In this document: one piece after another, positions 1-11,938 of the stretch
Layout: each line of letters starts with the position of its first letter
Numbering within the stretch: position 1 is the stretch's first letter
Source: Macrostomum hystrix
Lineage: Eukaryota > Animalia > Platyhelminthes
NCBI GenBank assembly: GCA_950097015.1
Contig: CATNEN010000039.1
Coordinates: forward strand, 19,034,001-19,098,000
Length of the DNA stretch: 64,000 nucleotides
Direction: 5' to 3'
Notes under the pieces: model-generated
Told to the model about the DNA's origin: nothing
The model's database searches: none
What the model saw: only the letters and a program-made list of their open reading frames with translations
Position numbers and translations under genes: made by a program

Positions 1-727
1 CAGGCATGACAAAAATTGATAAACAAAGAGGTGGACACGACTGTTCATGCATTTGGGATCAAACGATTTTCGTCCTAGAGGTAGCAAAAGATCAGTACAG
101 CCACAGTATGCTCTCGCATTGGCCTTTCTAACGAGCAGCGCCCGAATCACTATGCAGCCCACGCCCTCAACTCAGCTAGGGATGCGAGGTATCACGCCTT
201 GACTAATACCCACCCTTCCTAGCCTGTACCTTGCAAATCCTTTCTTTAATGCAGAATTTCGAGAACCGCTTGAGAGAAAGAGAGGAGATGAGGACAGGAA
301 TTAGCATCGAATGACTAGTCGCCTAGCAACAAAAATAGGACCCGCAGATTTGACTAGCGCCATGAGAAACCACACCTGCTCAACTGCTGCTCAGAGTCAG
401 TTTAACTGCCGTCTATGGTTAGATGGTAAATTAGAAATTGTCTACGTTGAAAATGCTAAAAAATTGACAAAGGAACAAAATCAAATTTCTATACTGACTG
501 CGTAGCTAAATTAATTTGAAGGCTTGAAAAATAATTCTATCGTGAAAACGCAATTCTGAAATCTGATTGCAAGAATATCACACCCTACGGTTGCATAGCT
601 GATGATATCCTCACTGACTCATTCGGGTAATTTATGACATCTTCACTGACTCATTCACTGACTTCACTGACTGATGACATCCTCACTCTCGCCCTGAATT
701 ATTCGCATGTCCCATCTTACTACTCAC

Positions 728-3700
728 CGGTCAGTAGTGGCTTCCCATCGCGTCCATTGGCTGGCAGCTCTTTGCTCATTCGCCCCATCCCCAGTGAACA
801 ATCAAAGTCAAACAGCAGTTTTTCGCCTGTGTCAGCGTCTGTCATCGCCAGCTGGCCGACGCGAGTGTCAGCTATGGCAGCCGTTGAAGTTCTCGGTCGA
901 GCATCCAGGTTGAGCCGTACTTTAAGAATCTCGCCAATTATGCCGGTATTTACCTGAAGAAGGTGAAAACATTACGCATTTTCTGACTCTTCATTTACAT
1001 CGATGACTCATCAATGACTTCTTGATCGATTCTAAAATGTACATGTGTGACTCATCAAGGCCATATCAATCGATCTTAAATGTACATCTGTGGCTCATCA
1101 ATAACTTATCGATCCATTCTAAATGTACATCGATGACTCATCAATGACCTATCGATCGATTCTGAATGTACATCTATGGCAAATTACTAATGTACATTTG
1201 CAGCTCAGACATCAGAAGTGAGCATTTTAAGGAACGCGTCTTACCTCGAATTCAGAATGTGTCCCTTCTGTCCGAACCAGTGGCACAGGCCCGGAGCAGC
1301 CCTGGCGGCCATAGACAGTTAGGAAGAGTCGACTGCCACTTGGATTTACAGCTGAACCAGCGCCAGCGTCAGTTGTGAGATTTACTCGCCAGCATCCGCC
1401 TGTTGTTTATTTAAATATATTCTTTAGACATTCGTTATTAAGGTGTGCTATCTCTAAATATCCTGCTAAATTTATTTGATCCCGTTCTGGCTCCAGATTA
1501 GAAAAGTAGTTACTTGCTGCGGCCCCAGCTGCGATTCTAGCTACTGCTCCTGCTGCGATTCTAGCTACTGCTCCTGCTGCGATTCTAGCTACAGCTGTTG
1601 CTGCGATTCTAGCTACAGCTGCTGCTGCGATTCTAGCTACAGCTGTTGCTGCGATTCTAGCTACAGCTGCTGCTGCGATTCTAGCTACAGCTGTTGCTGC
1701 GATTCTAGCTACAGCTGTTGCTGCGATTCTAGCTACAGCTCCTGCTGCGATTCTAGCTACTGCTCCTGCTGCGATTCTAGCTACTGCTCCTGCTGCGATT
1801 CTAGCTACAGCTCCTGCTGCGATTCTAGCTACAGCCAGAACTCTCACGTGACTTGGCTGGCCGGGCCTTAGCTTTTCCAGCGACTCCGTTGGTGACAGCT
1901 ACGCCGCTCCAGGCGGATCGAGGCTGGAATTTCTCCGGTCCAGCGGCCACAAAACTGTCCGGCCCATTGTAGACTGCGGACAGGGACTCGACCTGCGGAA
2001 TGTTATTGGTGTTCTCAGATTTTCAGATGCCCCAATCGCGCCAGATGTGCAACCGACAGTACAGCCGCAGCTATTACAAAGAACATCTGAAGGCTGCGTA
2101 TGGCTGTTCAGTCCATGGACTGGCTGGACGCCACACCCACCCTAAATTAATCAAGCTGATGCTGGCACCCATTTAACAGCTGAGTGAACTGAAACAATGC
2201 ACAGTTAAATGTCTTGCTTAAGGACACAAACTGCTCCATTGGAGTCGGGAATCGAACCCGAAAACTTCAAGTCCGACGCTCTAAACACTGGGCTACAGAC
2301 ATAGATACTTGAAACACTAGGATAGAGATGAGACTGGGGAGAGATGAGACAGAGGAGAGATGAGACAGGAGAGAGATGAGACAGGGGAGAGATGAGACAG
2401 GGGAGAGATGAGACTGGGGAGAGATGAGACAGGAGAGAGATGAGATAGGGGAGAGATGAGACAGGAGAGAGATGAGACAGGAGAGATGAGACAGGAGAGA
2501 GATGAGACAGGGAGAGATGAGACAGGGGAGAGATGAGACAGGGGAGAGATGAGACAGGAGAGAGATGAGACAGGAGAGAGATGAGACAGGAGAGAGATGA
2601 GACAGGGGAGAGATGAGACAGGAGAGAGATGAGACAGGGGAGAGATGAGACAGGAGAGAGATGAGACAGGGGAGAGATGAGATTGGGGAGAGATGAGACA
2701 GGAGAGAGATGAGACAGGAGAGAGATGAGACAGGAGAGAGATGAGACAGGGGAGAGATGAGACAGGGGAGAGATGAGACAGGAGAGAGATGAGACAGGGG
2801 AGAGATGAGACTGGGGAGAGATGAGACAGGAGAGAGATGAGATAGGGGAGAGATGAGACAGGAGAGAGATGAGACAGGAGAGATGAGACAGGAGAGAGAT
2901 GAGACAGGAGAGAGATGAGACAGGGGAGAGATGAGACAGGAGAGAGATGAGACAGGAGAGAGATGAGACAGGAGAGAGATGAGACAGGGGAGAGATGAGA
3001 CAGGGGAGAGATGAGACAGGAGAGAGATGAGACAGGAGAGAGATGAGACAGGAGAGAGATGAGACAGGAGAGAGATGAGACAGGAGAGAGATGAGACAGG
3101 AGAGAGATGAGACAGGGGAGAGATGAGAGAGGGGAGAGATGAGACAGGGGAGAGATGAGACAGGGGAGAGATAAGTCGAGGAAAGATGAGACAATGGGAT
3201 AGTATATGGCCAACTAAGCTGACTAAGCGCCATTGCTAGAGCACACCAACCGGTTTTCCGTCGGCTGTATACAGCTTGCAGACCGACATTCGAAAGATTC
3301 CCGACAGATCGTCTAGGAGCTGTTCAAAGCTTCGAAGTGTACGTCGATTCAACAGCAGAATGTGCCGCTGCTGCTGCTGCTGCTGTCTGCTTTCGTTGCG
3401 ACAAACATAGACTCGCTTGCAGTCGGGAGGCACCCCGGCGGATGGGGCGTCGGCCGAAGTTCGAATCTGGCGCCTGGGCACTCGGGGCGTCGTCGATTCG
3501 GCGGCGGCCTCGGAGCCGGGGTGGCTGTTGCTGGCTGCGGCACGGCGGGGCAGCGGCGGCAGTCGGGCCCGTCCAATATTCTGTCGCCGTCGGACACCGC
3601 GGCTCTGAATTAAAAAATGGCTGTTGGCTGTTGTAGAAGTGTCTGTTGAGAAGGGCGCATGATATGATGACCGATTTCAAACCTGAAGTGCCAAGGGCGG

Positions 3701-4138
3701 CGGGGGCTTCGGTGGCGGCAGCGCCTGTGGAGATGCGCTTCTCAATGTGTCATCGGCGCCGCCATCCTCATGATCATCGCCATCATCAGCTTCCAAGGGA
3801 ACGCCGGCCCTACGCTGGCTGGTTGAGCAGACGTAGTGACCACCGGCTGCCAGATCCTCCAGCGAAGCCACCCTGTGGCGACCGCGCGGCGTGAACACGG
3901 CCCGAACACCGTAGGCCAGCTGTGGCATGCGCAGTGTGAGGTCAGTGAGCAGGGCATCGAGTCCACGGTAGCGATTCGGATGGATCGGCACCCTGAGCGG
4001 CTGCGCGGTGGGCGATGCACCGTCGCGATGAAAGAACACTGTACGGGCCTGGCGCGGCCGATTCTGCTGGTTACTGGGGCCCAGGTCGCCGTCGAGCAGG
4101 GAATTACGGTCCGTGTTTGGCGGCAAAGAGTTGGACAT
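728..4138 (-). CDS. RP1-like protein: two doublecortin (DCX) domains followed by a PLAT/LH2 domain; 3' end not located, probably continues beyond the window
   Basis: Phase-compatible GT-AG exons: 4138-3683, 3604-3251, 1992-1848, 1399-1245, 953-728. DCX1: VFFHRDG...RYRGLDALLTDLT...YGVRAVFTPRGRHRVASLEDLAAGGHYVCS. DCX2: RVYVCRNE...RSFEQLLDDLS...KLYTADGKP|VESLSAVYNGPDSFVAAGPEKF. PLAT-like: WRVNLTT...LFLTVYGRQGCSGPVPL...EFE|VNTGIIGEILKVRL. The last exon ends at a phase-1 GTGAGT donor. Confidence 0.85.
994..1174. repeat. ~43 bp tandem repeat, ~4 diverged copies (intronic)
   Basis: TACAT..GACTCATCAA..GATCGATTCT recurs at ~996, 1040, 1083, 1126 and 1169. Confidence 0.75.
1515..1836. repeat. 24 bp minisatellite (GCTGCGATTCTAGCTAC[A/T]GCT[C/G][C/T]T), intronic
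   Basis: ~13 copies; generates the spurious ORFs 1407-1847 and 1476-1871. Confidence 0.95.
2088..2297 (-). mobile_element. tRNA-derived SINE, family A (conserved-domain type, Nin/Deu-like core)
   Basis: Minus strand: TGTAGCCCAGTG A-box-like, GGTTCGATTCCC B box, GTGTCCTTAAGCAAGACA, CAGTTCACTCAGCTGTTAAATGGGTGCC, and a TCCATGGACTGAACAGCC 3' part; related copies at ~18.4k, 29.4k, 39.4k and 50.9k. Confidence 0.8.
2325..3175. repeat. 16 bp GA-rich minisatellite (GAGAGATGAGACAGG[G/A]), intronic
   Basis: ~50 near-perfect copies; same family at 22.2k, 28.7k and 60.6k. Confidence 0.95.
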
Positions 4139-6407
4139 AGCAATAGGAAGACTAGAAAGTTACGGCAATGATAAATAATTTCGTTAACTTTTTAGTTTCT
4201 GAAGTCATGAACATCCCAGGACAAAATAAAATTATGAGAAATTGAGGATAATCCCGAGGATTTTAGCGTTCTTTAAATTCATATGTAGAATGTTGAAATT
4301 AATTATCTGAATTATGTTTTAAAGAACACAATTTAGCACAAATATGTCAACAATATTTATTTTTTAAATCTGAATTAAGAGGAAAATCTAAAAATCGCTT
4401 TTCAAATATGAACGTAAAATTTGGCTCGTACCTTAATGTAATTAAACTTTGTGAGTATCAATTGCTTTTTATATGTTAATGACATTAAAACTCTACTCAT
4501 TAAAACTTTATTGCATCAGTTCACTACAAAAAAAATTGAATCGTTAAAGAAAATTTAACGATCTTCTCTGATTTTCTTACTTAAGATTACAGAACTACAC
4601 CTTTGCTTAACTGGATACATTTTAACACACAATATTTCGTAATATTTAGATTCAATTTTTTGCGACGAAAAAAATAGTGTACGACGGAACTAGCTAAGTA
4701 TTTTGGTCAAAAATAAGTGCATGCTGAATTTATTTTACTGCGTAAGTTCTATATTACGAGCTATTACTCTCAAAAGGCGTGCGCTTTATATGCCTTATAT
4801 TTTTTTATGTTATGCATACATAATTTCCATTTCTTACAAGCAGAGAAGTGTTTTTGTTGATTGTGAAGTGCGTCAGCTTATACTTAGGAAAGTAGATAAA
4901 TTAAAACTCCAAGTAAACTACGTTATCATATGGTCATAGAGTGACTGAACAGTGAAAATCGTACATGCATGCACAAATATCTATGTCTGGACCTGTCACG
5001 CAATGCCCAAAAGTGTGCGGTAAATATATTAGCAAAAGAAATAATTGCTTATTGCTTGGACTTACAAAATAATTTAACGCGGGAAACTAAGAAATCGCCA
5101 AAAATTCAATAAGGTATTTTGTGCAATAATGCCTAGATCTCTCGCCGCATCTGGCCAAAAAATAATGGGCCTTCAAAAACACTTTAGCTTAAAAGCGTCG
5201 TATTAACCTACCACTTACAAGTGTTTAAATAGTACTTTAATAGTTATTCTCTTTTATATTTATTGTCACAAGCTCTTGCGTGCGGGCGTGGGTCTTAAAT
5301 AAAAGTTGTTTACTGATGCTATAAAAGTTAAATTACGGAAAATTGTAAATGACATTGACAATAAAATATTTTAACAAATACTAAATTTTTACAAAAAACT
5401 CACGCTTTTGTGAGAAAATATATATTTCAAAAATCATACCAAAGAGTTTTTTTTCCTCTTTAATGAAACTGCGTTTGTATCTATTTAGTGTCACGATAAG
5501 CCGGTGGCTGTACGTTTTAGATATAACGTTAGGACATGCCTTACTGGCGGTGACTAGCCTCTAGCACATTAATTCCAGTTTTAAAATGTGCAACCGATAA
5601 ATTTAAATATTTAGTTTACTTTATTATTGATCGCAAATTTTGTTTACTAAGCTTGTATAACATTTTTACGCAAAAATGTGTCCACGAGTATGTAATTCAG
5701 ATTTTGTACAATATTGCAATTATTACCAAATTATTAGAGACTTATACTAGTTGCAATGTCTTGATTATAGCCATCATTGCTTAAATAATATATTGCTTTA
5801 AAGTATGCAAATTTGTATACTGAAAATGCTTCTTGTCTTTGCTGCATGTTATAAATATCAGAATTCGCTATCTGTACCAAATTTTCTCCTACATTATAGC
5901 TATGTAAACAGTAAGTCATGAATCCTATTAATTTAAGATTCACCTGATTAATAAAAAGGTACTTTTTAAATAAAAAAGTAACGATATTTGTTTAAAAAAG
6001 CGGCAAATTTTTCTGTGTCGCACTTTTTGTCAGTTGATCAAGTTGAAGAAGTCGCGAATCTCGATCTGCTTCAGCCATGCGGGCACTGGCTAAGGCAAGG
6101 GCTCAAAGGGTGCCCAGCAAGTACTGATTGCTGACGTTGGCGTTGTTGACTCTCATTCCAACATACAGGCACAGGTTGTTGTTTTTCACTATAGTGAAAT
6201 TGGAATCAGCAACAAGGACGAGGGCCCCGTTTGCGAGAAAGGAGTTCGATGCGAACATATAGAAGGAGCCTCCGGAGGCGGTGAAGCCGATGTTCAGCAA
6301 GTCGTGTGGGCTTGACAGACAAGAAGTTCGTTGGTCGAGTAAACAAAAGGAAGCAGCTGGTTGCATGTCATAAAAATACAAAAAAATGAGATAACCCCAT
6401 TAACAAT

Positions 6408-6462
6408 AATGATAATATTTACAGGAGGGCTGCGGGCAATGGCACATCATTTGGTGACACTA
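6408..6462 (-). mobile_element. 3' end of a family B SINE, split by the EnSpm insertion
   Basis: CAGGAGGGCTGCGGGCAATGGCACATCATTTGGTGACAC matches the intact copy at ~33084-33122; (TAA)n-like tail adjacent. Confidence 0.85.
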
Positions 6463-7573
6463 CCCTAGTCCAAGGTCTGACGTTAGAAGCACGTTAGAAA
6501 AACGTTACAGGACGAACGAATTTCCGTTAGGTTTACGTTAGACTTTAACGTTAGTCTTTCCGTTAGTTCGGTCGTTAGACTAATGTTAGTTTTCCGTTAG
6601 AATTTTAACGTTACTTTATTCCACAATAACTGACTATAACCTAACGGTTTTTTCCGTGCTGATTTTATACTATATATTTTTCATAACGCACCGTTGCCAA
6701 TGCAACAAAAGTATTAATTGGAGCAAGAATAAGACAGTGAACCAAAATCATGCAATTAAACTGACCAAATAAATATTTTCAAATGTGTAATTCCACTAAG
6801 TTGTCCAATAAAGTGTGACAATTACTTTAAACATTGCAATATATTTAGCTATTTAAATAGATACGGTAATAAAAAAATACTTCTAATAGAAACAGTGTAA
6901 GTTTCCTCAACCCACCGCCACTCGAATCTACTTCCCAGTTTTACTCGAATGTAAAAATGTCTCCATTTTTTGGGTGTTGCGACTATCAATCTTTCCTTGA
7001 ATTCACCGCCTCTCATCTTTGTTGAGTTTACCTGCACTCTTGTCCCTCTGTCAGCTTACTTCTCCATATGGCTGTCTCCTCGCATTCTCTCTTATTTTTC
7101 TGATTGGCTGCGGGGCCAGCCACCTCTTATCTCCTCGTTCCTCCTGGCCAACTATACATTTAATACATACAACAATACATAAGCTCAGTTTTTTATTCTT
7201 ATTTTCTCGACACATAACACATAAAAGACCTACATCAAGTAATACAAAAGATGGCAAACTAATGGGCGTCGTTGTGCCGCAAAAAGGGGGCGTTAAGTAT
7301 AAGGCTCTCAAATATTATTAGGGGCGACAAGTATGAGGGCCCTTATGTAACAAGGACAGTGGTTTGGTTAGCATTTCGGGGCGGCGCCCCCTAAATTCGG
7401 TCTTGGTTGCGCTGTCATTGTGGGAAGTAACGACCCCAGAAAAAATGTGAGCAAATAAATGAAAAAGCGAATAGAACTGGAACAAAAAATACAGAAAAAA
7501 TTATTAGGATGTTGATGGCATAAAAATCAAAGCATGATAATTAAGTCAACTATGTTTAAGGAAAAAATTGGGC

Positions 7574-9190
7574 CTACTCTGCGGCATTAGCACTGTCTTT
7601 TTTTGCGAACGGGGCTTTTTTCAACCAACGCTGAACTGCATCGATAACAGCTTCTCGACTCGCATCAGGTTGACTTAAACGAGTCAGTTTGAGAATGTAG
7701 TCAAAGGTTTTTGGAAATTCATCTCTTAGTGAAGCTTTTTCCGAAGCCCGATTTGTCCCAGCCCAATTCAGAACCTTTGCCACATTGACTGAAATGGTTG
7801 TCTTACATGCCATGTACGTGGCAGATCGCACATCTGAACCACCGATCCGACCGATTGAATTCAGAACGACATTTTCATTTTCATTTAGGTGCTCTTCGAA
7901 CAATTTTAGATCACCAATTGTTCCAATTGGTAAATGGCAAGGAAGTTGCTGAAGCACGTTTGCAGAACTTATCTGCTGTTTTGAAATGAGATTGCGAAGC
8001 ATTTGATTGTTTTCTCTAACCAAGACAAACGTCGCACAAAGAAGACGGAGGTGACTAGGACCAGTTGTTGCGTCTCTGTTTGCTCCACGTTCTGCCAATA
8101 GCTCAGTGGCAATAGATTCAAAGGCCTCATTGCTGATGCCGAAATCAGCATTCCTGGCTGCGGAATTTCTGGCGCTTGCACCTCTTGGCGTTAATGTCAC
8201 GTCTAGAGAGTCTAAGAGCTTCGGTTGAGTTGAAGCAGTAGCCACGGTTGTTGCAACGTTGCTAGGCGTCACCCCCGCAGCAGCCACGGTTGTCGCAACG
8301 TTGCTAGGCGTCACCCCCGCAGCAGCCACGGTTGTCGCAACGTTGCTAGGCGTCAACCCCGCAGCAGCCACGGTTGTCGCAACGTTGCTAGGCGTCAACC
8401 CCGCAGCAGCCACGGTTGTCGCAACGTTGCTAGGCGTCAACCCCGCAGCAGCCACGGTTGTCGCAACGTTGCTAGGCGTCACCCCCGCAGCAGCCACGGT
8501 TGTCGCAACGTTGCTAGGCGTCACCGCAGCAGCCGACTTGGGTGTCGTAGTCGCGTCCATGAAAGTGGCAGCTGCAGATCCCAGTGGCAGACTCTGATTG
8601 TAAGCGGTCATTACTCTTACATAAAGAGGTGGCGGCACTGGATCATCGTCATCACTAGTCTGTTCATATCTTGAGATGCTCGTGTCACTGCTTCTTTTAT
8701 TCGCAGGATGTTTGTCGATTAACCTGGATTCTGCATTTGATAAGCACGGGAAAATAATTTCAAGTCAATACATTAGGAAAAATGCATTATAGTATATCCA
8801 CCTGAAAACATACCTTCAGGACGTCTTCTTTTCCTAGCCAATTCATGATCTGAGTCGCTGCAAGAGAGACTTGAAAATTGGTACTTCTTTTCCTTATCGA
8901 CAGCAGTCGCATATTCATCTGAAGTTAAACGAATTGTTTAAACACTTTAAACGATAGCTAAAAAATTGTTTCTTGAAAATAAAAGCAAAGTTACACTTAC
9001 TACTTCGAAATACGATTTTGAATTCATGATATTCGTCCCAGTTAGCCATTGGGCTCTTAGAATACATTTTCCGATGGTCATCACTGGCAGGTGGGAAGTA
9101 AACTGTGTTAGAATTGGAATCAAGCCAGGTGCTAGGAATTACAGCAATGGTTCCTTCAGCAAAGCTAACAACAAGCCAATTTTTCTCCAT
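7574..9190 (-). CDS. Transposon accessory protein (DUF4806-like C-terminal domain), ~483 aa, 3 exons
   Basis: Exons 9190-9001, 8918-8814, 8730-7574 splice in frame. N-terminal WLVVSF..IAVIPSTWL...YFPP..P.ANW, basic RKRRRP, and C-terminal LPIGTIGDLKLFEEHL...IGGSDVR...LNWAG...VQRWLKKAP resemble the second gene of animal EnSpm elements. Domain name is from recall. Confidence 0.8.
8238..8533. repeat. 42 bp coding tandem repeat, 7 copies (AAAG[V/L]TPSNVATTV)
   Basis: In-frame, near-identical units inside the accessory ORF. Confidence 0.95.
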
Positions 9191-11222
9191 GTGAATCTGG
9201 AAAGTCAAGGCGAAGAGGAATGATAACATATCCTTTCTTTACAGGAAAACCGCAAGCCTTGTCCAATATGCAATCATCAGTGACATCGAATGGTGCTCCA
9301 AAACAGCGATCTTTGACAAAAAATATTCCTACAGCTGAACTTTTTATTGGATAGGAATAAAAATCTTCTTTCTGTGTAAATTCCATCACCTTGAACTTAG
9401 CAGGCAAAACTTCAGTAACAAGACAGACTTGAAGAGTCCTTGTGATAATAAAACAATCTCTGCTGTTAACTCTTATTGTACTCTTGTGAGATGGTACGGC
9501 AAGCTCAGCCCTGGACCTTTTTGTCATCAAATATTCACCAGTCCGATTTCTCAGTTGAGCAATCACTTGATTACCACTGCATAGTCTGTTCTTTAGAATC
9601 TGCAAAAAACTTTCAAATCGAAAAGCAGAAAATGCATCTACTGCACCAAATTTTTCACAGTCATTTGGCAAATGAATCAGAGAATGAACTATGTTTGAGA
9701 CAAATCCACGTCCATACAATCCAGATGACTTTGTAACAAATTCTTTTAGCAGATTGGTTGCAGCAACAACATTTACACTTAGCATTGCAGATTTACCACA
9801 AAGAAGATGCATTGCAATGTGAAAGTATAGAAAATGAGGATAAATGTCCTTTGGAATACTAGCATCATTTAAAACAATGATTCCATAATAGAGAATAAAT
9901 GATCGGAATTCAGCTCCTTTCCAATAGCAAAGCTCATTAAGCCCTCGTGGCTTTCGGCAAAATTCTGATGGGACATGTGATTTTAATGAAACTAAATTGG
10001 CAGATAAAGTCTTAATAGCCTGACTTGGCATTCGGACCTTGTATGGGCCCTCTTTTATCCAGAAATACATCATCCTTCTCATAACACCAAGATATGCCAC
10101 ATGAAGAACATCAAGTGGAAATGATGCAACCATGTCAATTGAATTTAATTCAAGAAATGGTGATAATCCATTGGCTTCATTATGGTGATCCTCATCAATT
10201 TGCAGTCGAAATTCAAGATCAGTTCGTAGATCAGCATTAACTTCATCAAAGACAATGCAACTTCTTTCCTCACATCGAGTACCTTCTACTTTACATTTGT
10301 CACAACTATGATAACCAGTTGGATACTTAGTGCACTTCAATAAGCACCTAGCTGGTGCATCACAAATTATTGCCTTTGTTAAAATTGCATAATGATGACC
10401 ACAATAATCAAATCCACTTGAAATTAGATGATTCAATTCTTTAATCAGTTCAGAACACAGTTGTTTGGGATTTGGCTTATCTCTTGAATAATAGAACTGG
10501 ATGACAAAAGGTTCAGATTGTAATTCAGGAACAAAACCAAGAATAGGCCAGCACTGGTAGCCAGAACTTTTGAAAAAACTGATTCCATCAATATTTAGGA
10601 ATAGAGTCAACTGATTAGATTTGGTATGTATGCTTGATAAAGAATTATCTATTATAGATTCAATTGCAGACTGTACACCAACATAATAGATATCTTTAGA
10701 ACAGTAATATGACTTTGCATTAGTGCTATGAGCCAACAATGTTGATGCTGTCAATGGAAGATCCAAATTTGGAAAATGTTTAGCATGTAGATGCAGTAAA
10801 GACGTAATATGTACTTGACTCACTTTGGCTTCAACAACCCATGCAGCCAAGTCATCTTTGAAGCTACTTTGGACTTTGTCATAAGACTCTGACCTTTCTG
10901 ATAAGTCTGATAAAAATTCTTTTGTAATGTCTACAAAATGTTGTAGCAATGTGTCTTCATGTTCAAAATGGTCAACATCAGAAGTATCTTCCACCTCAAT
11001 AAGGTGAAGACCATTATTAGAAAACTCTTCTAAGACAAAGTTGCTCAAAATCTTGTCAATGTCAATATCAATATCTGACAAACAAATGCCACTAGATGAT
11101 TCATCTTGAAGTGGGTATAAATAGTAAATTTGTTGAGACAATGAATTTTCTATATGTTTCTCTTGGTCTTTTATTTTAGCTTCAATTTCATTAATACTTC
11201 GCTTTAGTTGCCTTTGGTTCAT
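9165..11222 (-). CDS. EnSpm/CACTA-type DDE transposase, 685 aa, uninterrupted
   Basis: Motifs LNIDG, CWPILG, ICDAPAR..LK..K...GYHSCDKC, FPLDVLH..YLGV, RKPR.L..L..WKGAEFRSF.LYYG, NIVHSLIHL, SAFRFES. Confidence 0.92.
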   Translation of the reverse strand: MNQRQLKRSINEIEAKIKDQEKHIENSLSQQIYYLYPLQDESSSGICLSDIDIDIDKILSNFVLEEFSNNGLHLIEVEDTSDVDHFEHEDTLLQHFVDITKEFLSDLSERSESYDKVQSSFKDDLAAWVVEAKVSQVHITSLLHLHAKHFPNLDLPLTASTLLAHSTNAKSYYCSKDIYYVGVQSAIESIIDNSLSSIHTKSNQLTLFLNIDGISFFKSSGYQCWPILGFVPELQSEPFVIQFYYSRDKPNPKQLCSELIKELNHLISSGFDYCGHHYAILTKAIICDAPARCLLKCTKYPTGYHSCDKCKVEGTRCEERSCIVFDEVNADLRTDLEFRLQIDEDHHNEANGLSPFLELNSIDMVASFPLDVLHVAYLGVMRRMMYFWIKEGPYKVRMPSQAIKTLSANLVSLKSHVPSEFCRKPRGLNELCYWKGAEFRSFILYYGIIVLNDASIPKDIYPHFLYFHIAMHLLCGKSAMLSVNVVAATNLLKEFVTKSSGLYGRGFVSNIVHSLIHLPNDCEKFGAVDAFSAFRFESFLQILKNRLCSGNQVIAQLRNRTGEYLMTKRSRAELAVPSHKSTIRVNSRDCFIITRTLQVCLVTEVLPAKFKVMEFTQKEDFYSYPIKSSAVGIFFVKDRCFGAPFDVTDDCILDKACGFPVKKGYVIIPLRLDFPDSHGEKLACC

Positions 11223-11938
11223 TTACATCTGGAATTCAAAATTAGTCAATTGTTTTAAATCAATCTTACAATGTCTATCACATTGAAAAAATATTATGAT
11301 GATTGTACTAAGGTGCCAACTGTTAGGCCTAAGTTAAATTTATTTAGTAATATGAATAAGCTACATATAAAAAGTTGCTTTAGATATAAATAATAGATAG
11401 AAAATAATACTAACATAATAGATATTAACATACTATATAGACACTGGCTACAATAGGGCAAACAGTTATTTAGACAAAATAATTATTTCAACAGATTTTA
11501 TTTCATTGCCTAAAACAAAAATAACATTTTATAAAATTATGTTATAAAATAACATTTACATTTACAAATAACGATAACATAAACATTTTTCTTAAACTAT
11601 CTGTCTATATTTTTAGTTTTTGTAGCTGAATATCTAGATTATAGAATATAATAGAATATTCCGCTAGTTCAATAAGGATTTAATTTAAAATTTCATTGAC
11701 GGCCATCTTGATTTTTGTATTATAAGAAAATTCATATTTCTTTTGCAACTTTTTTTATTTCTGCCTAAATCTCCAAATTAAAATAATAACTAAATTATTA
11801 TCTATTAAGTTATTAGACTAAAAATTGATTTTACAGTTTGGAATTATTGTTAATTTTTAGTTACCGCATTAACGTTACATAAAAATCTTATAAATAACGA
11901 GAAGCAAACGTTAGTCCTAACGTTAGCATGGACTAGGG

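Larger units (their letters stand above)
6463..11938 (-). mobile_element. Complete EnSpm/CACTA (CMC)-superfamily DNA transposon, 5476 bp
   Basis: TIRs CCCTAGTCCA (6463-6472) and TGGACTAGGG (11929-11938); TA duplicated at 6461-62 and 11939-40; subterminal CGTTAG motifs at both ends; two co-oriented internal genes; removing the element rejoins a SINE. Confidence 0.93.

Noticed and set aside
1407-1871. (AVARIAAG)n and (CCDSSYS)n ORFs resembling a metallothionein or keratin-associated protein
   Set aside because: 24 bp repeat inside the intron between exons 1848 and 1399; no proper ATG
2205-3233. Long Ser/Leu/Pro-rich ORFs here and at 22.1-23.3k, 28.6-29.4k, 31.6-32.0k, 41-42k, 51.9-52.8k, 54.4-55.5k and 58.5-59.5k
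   Set aside because: Translations of stop-free minisatellites, often open in several frames; this one lies inside an intron
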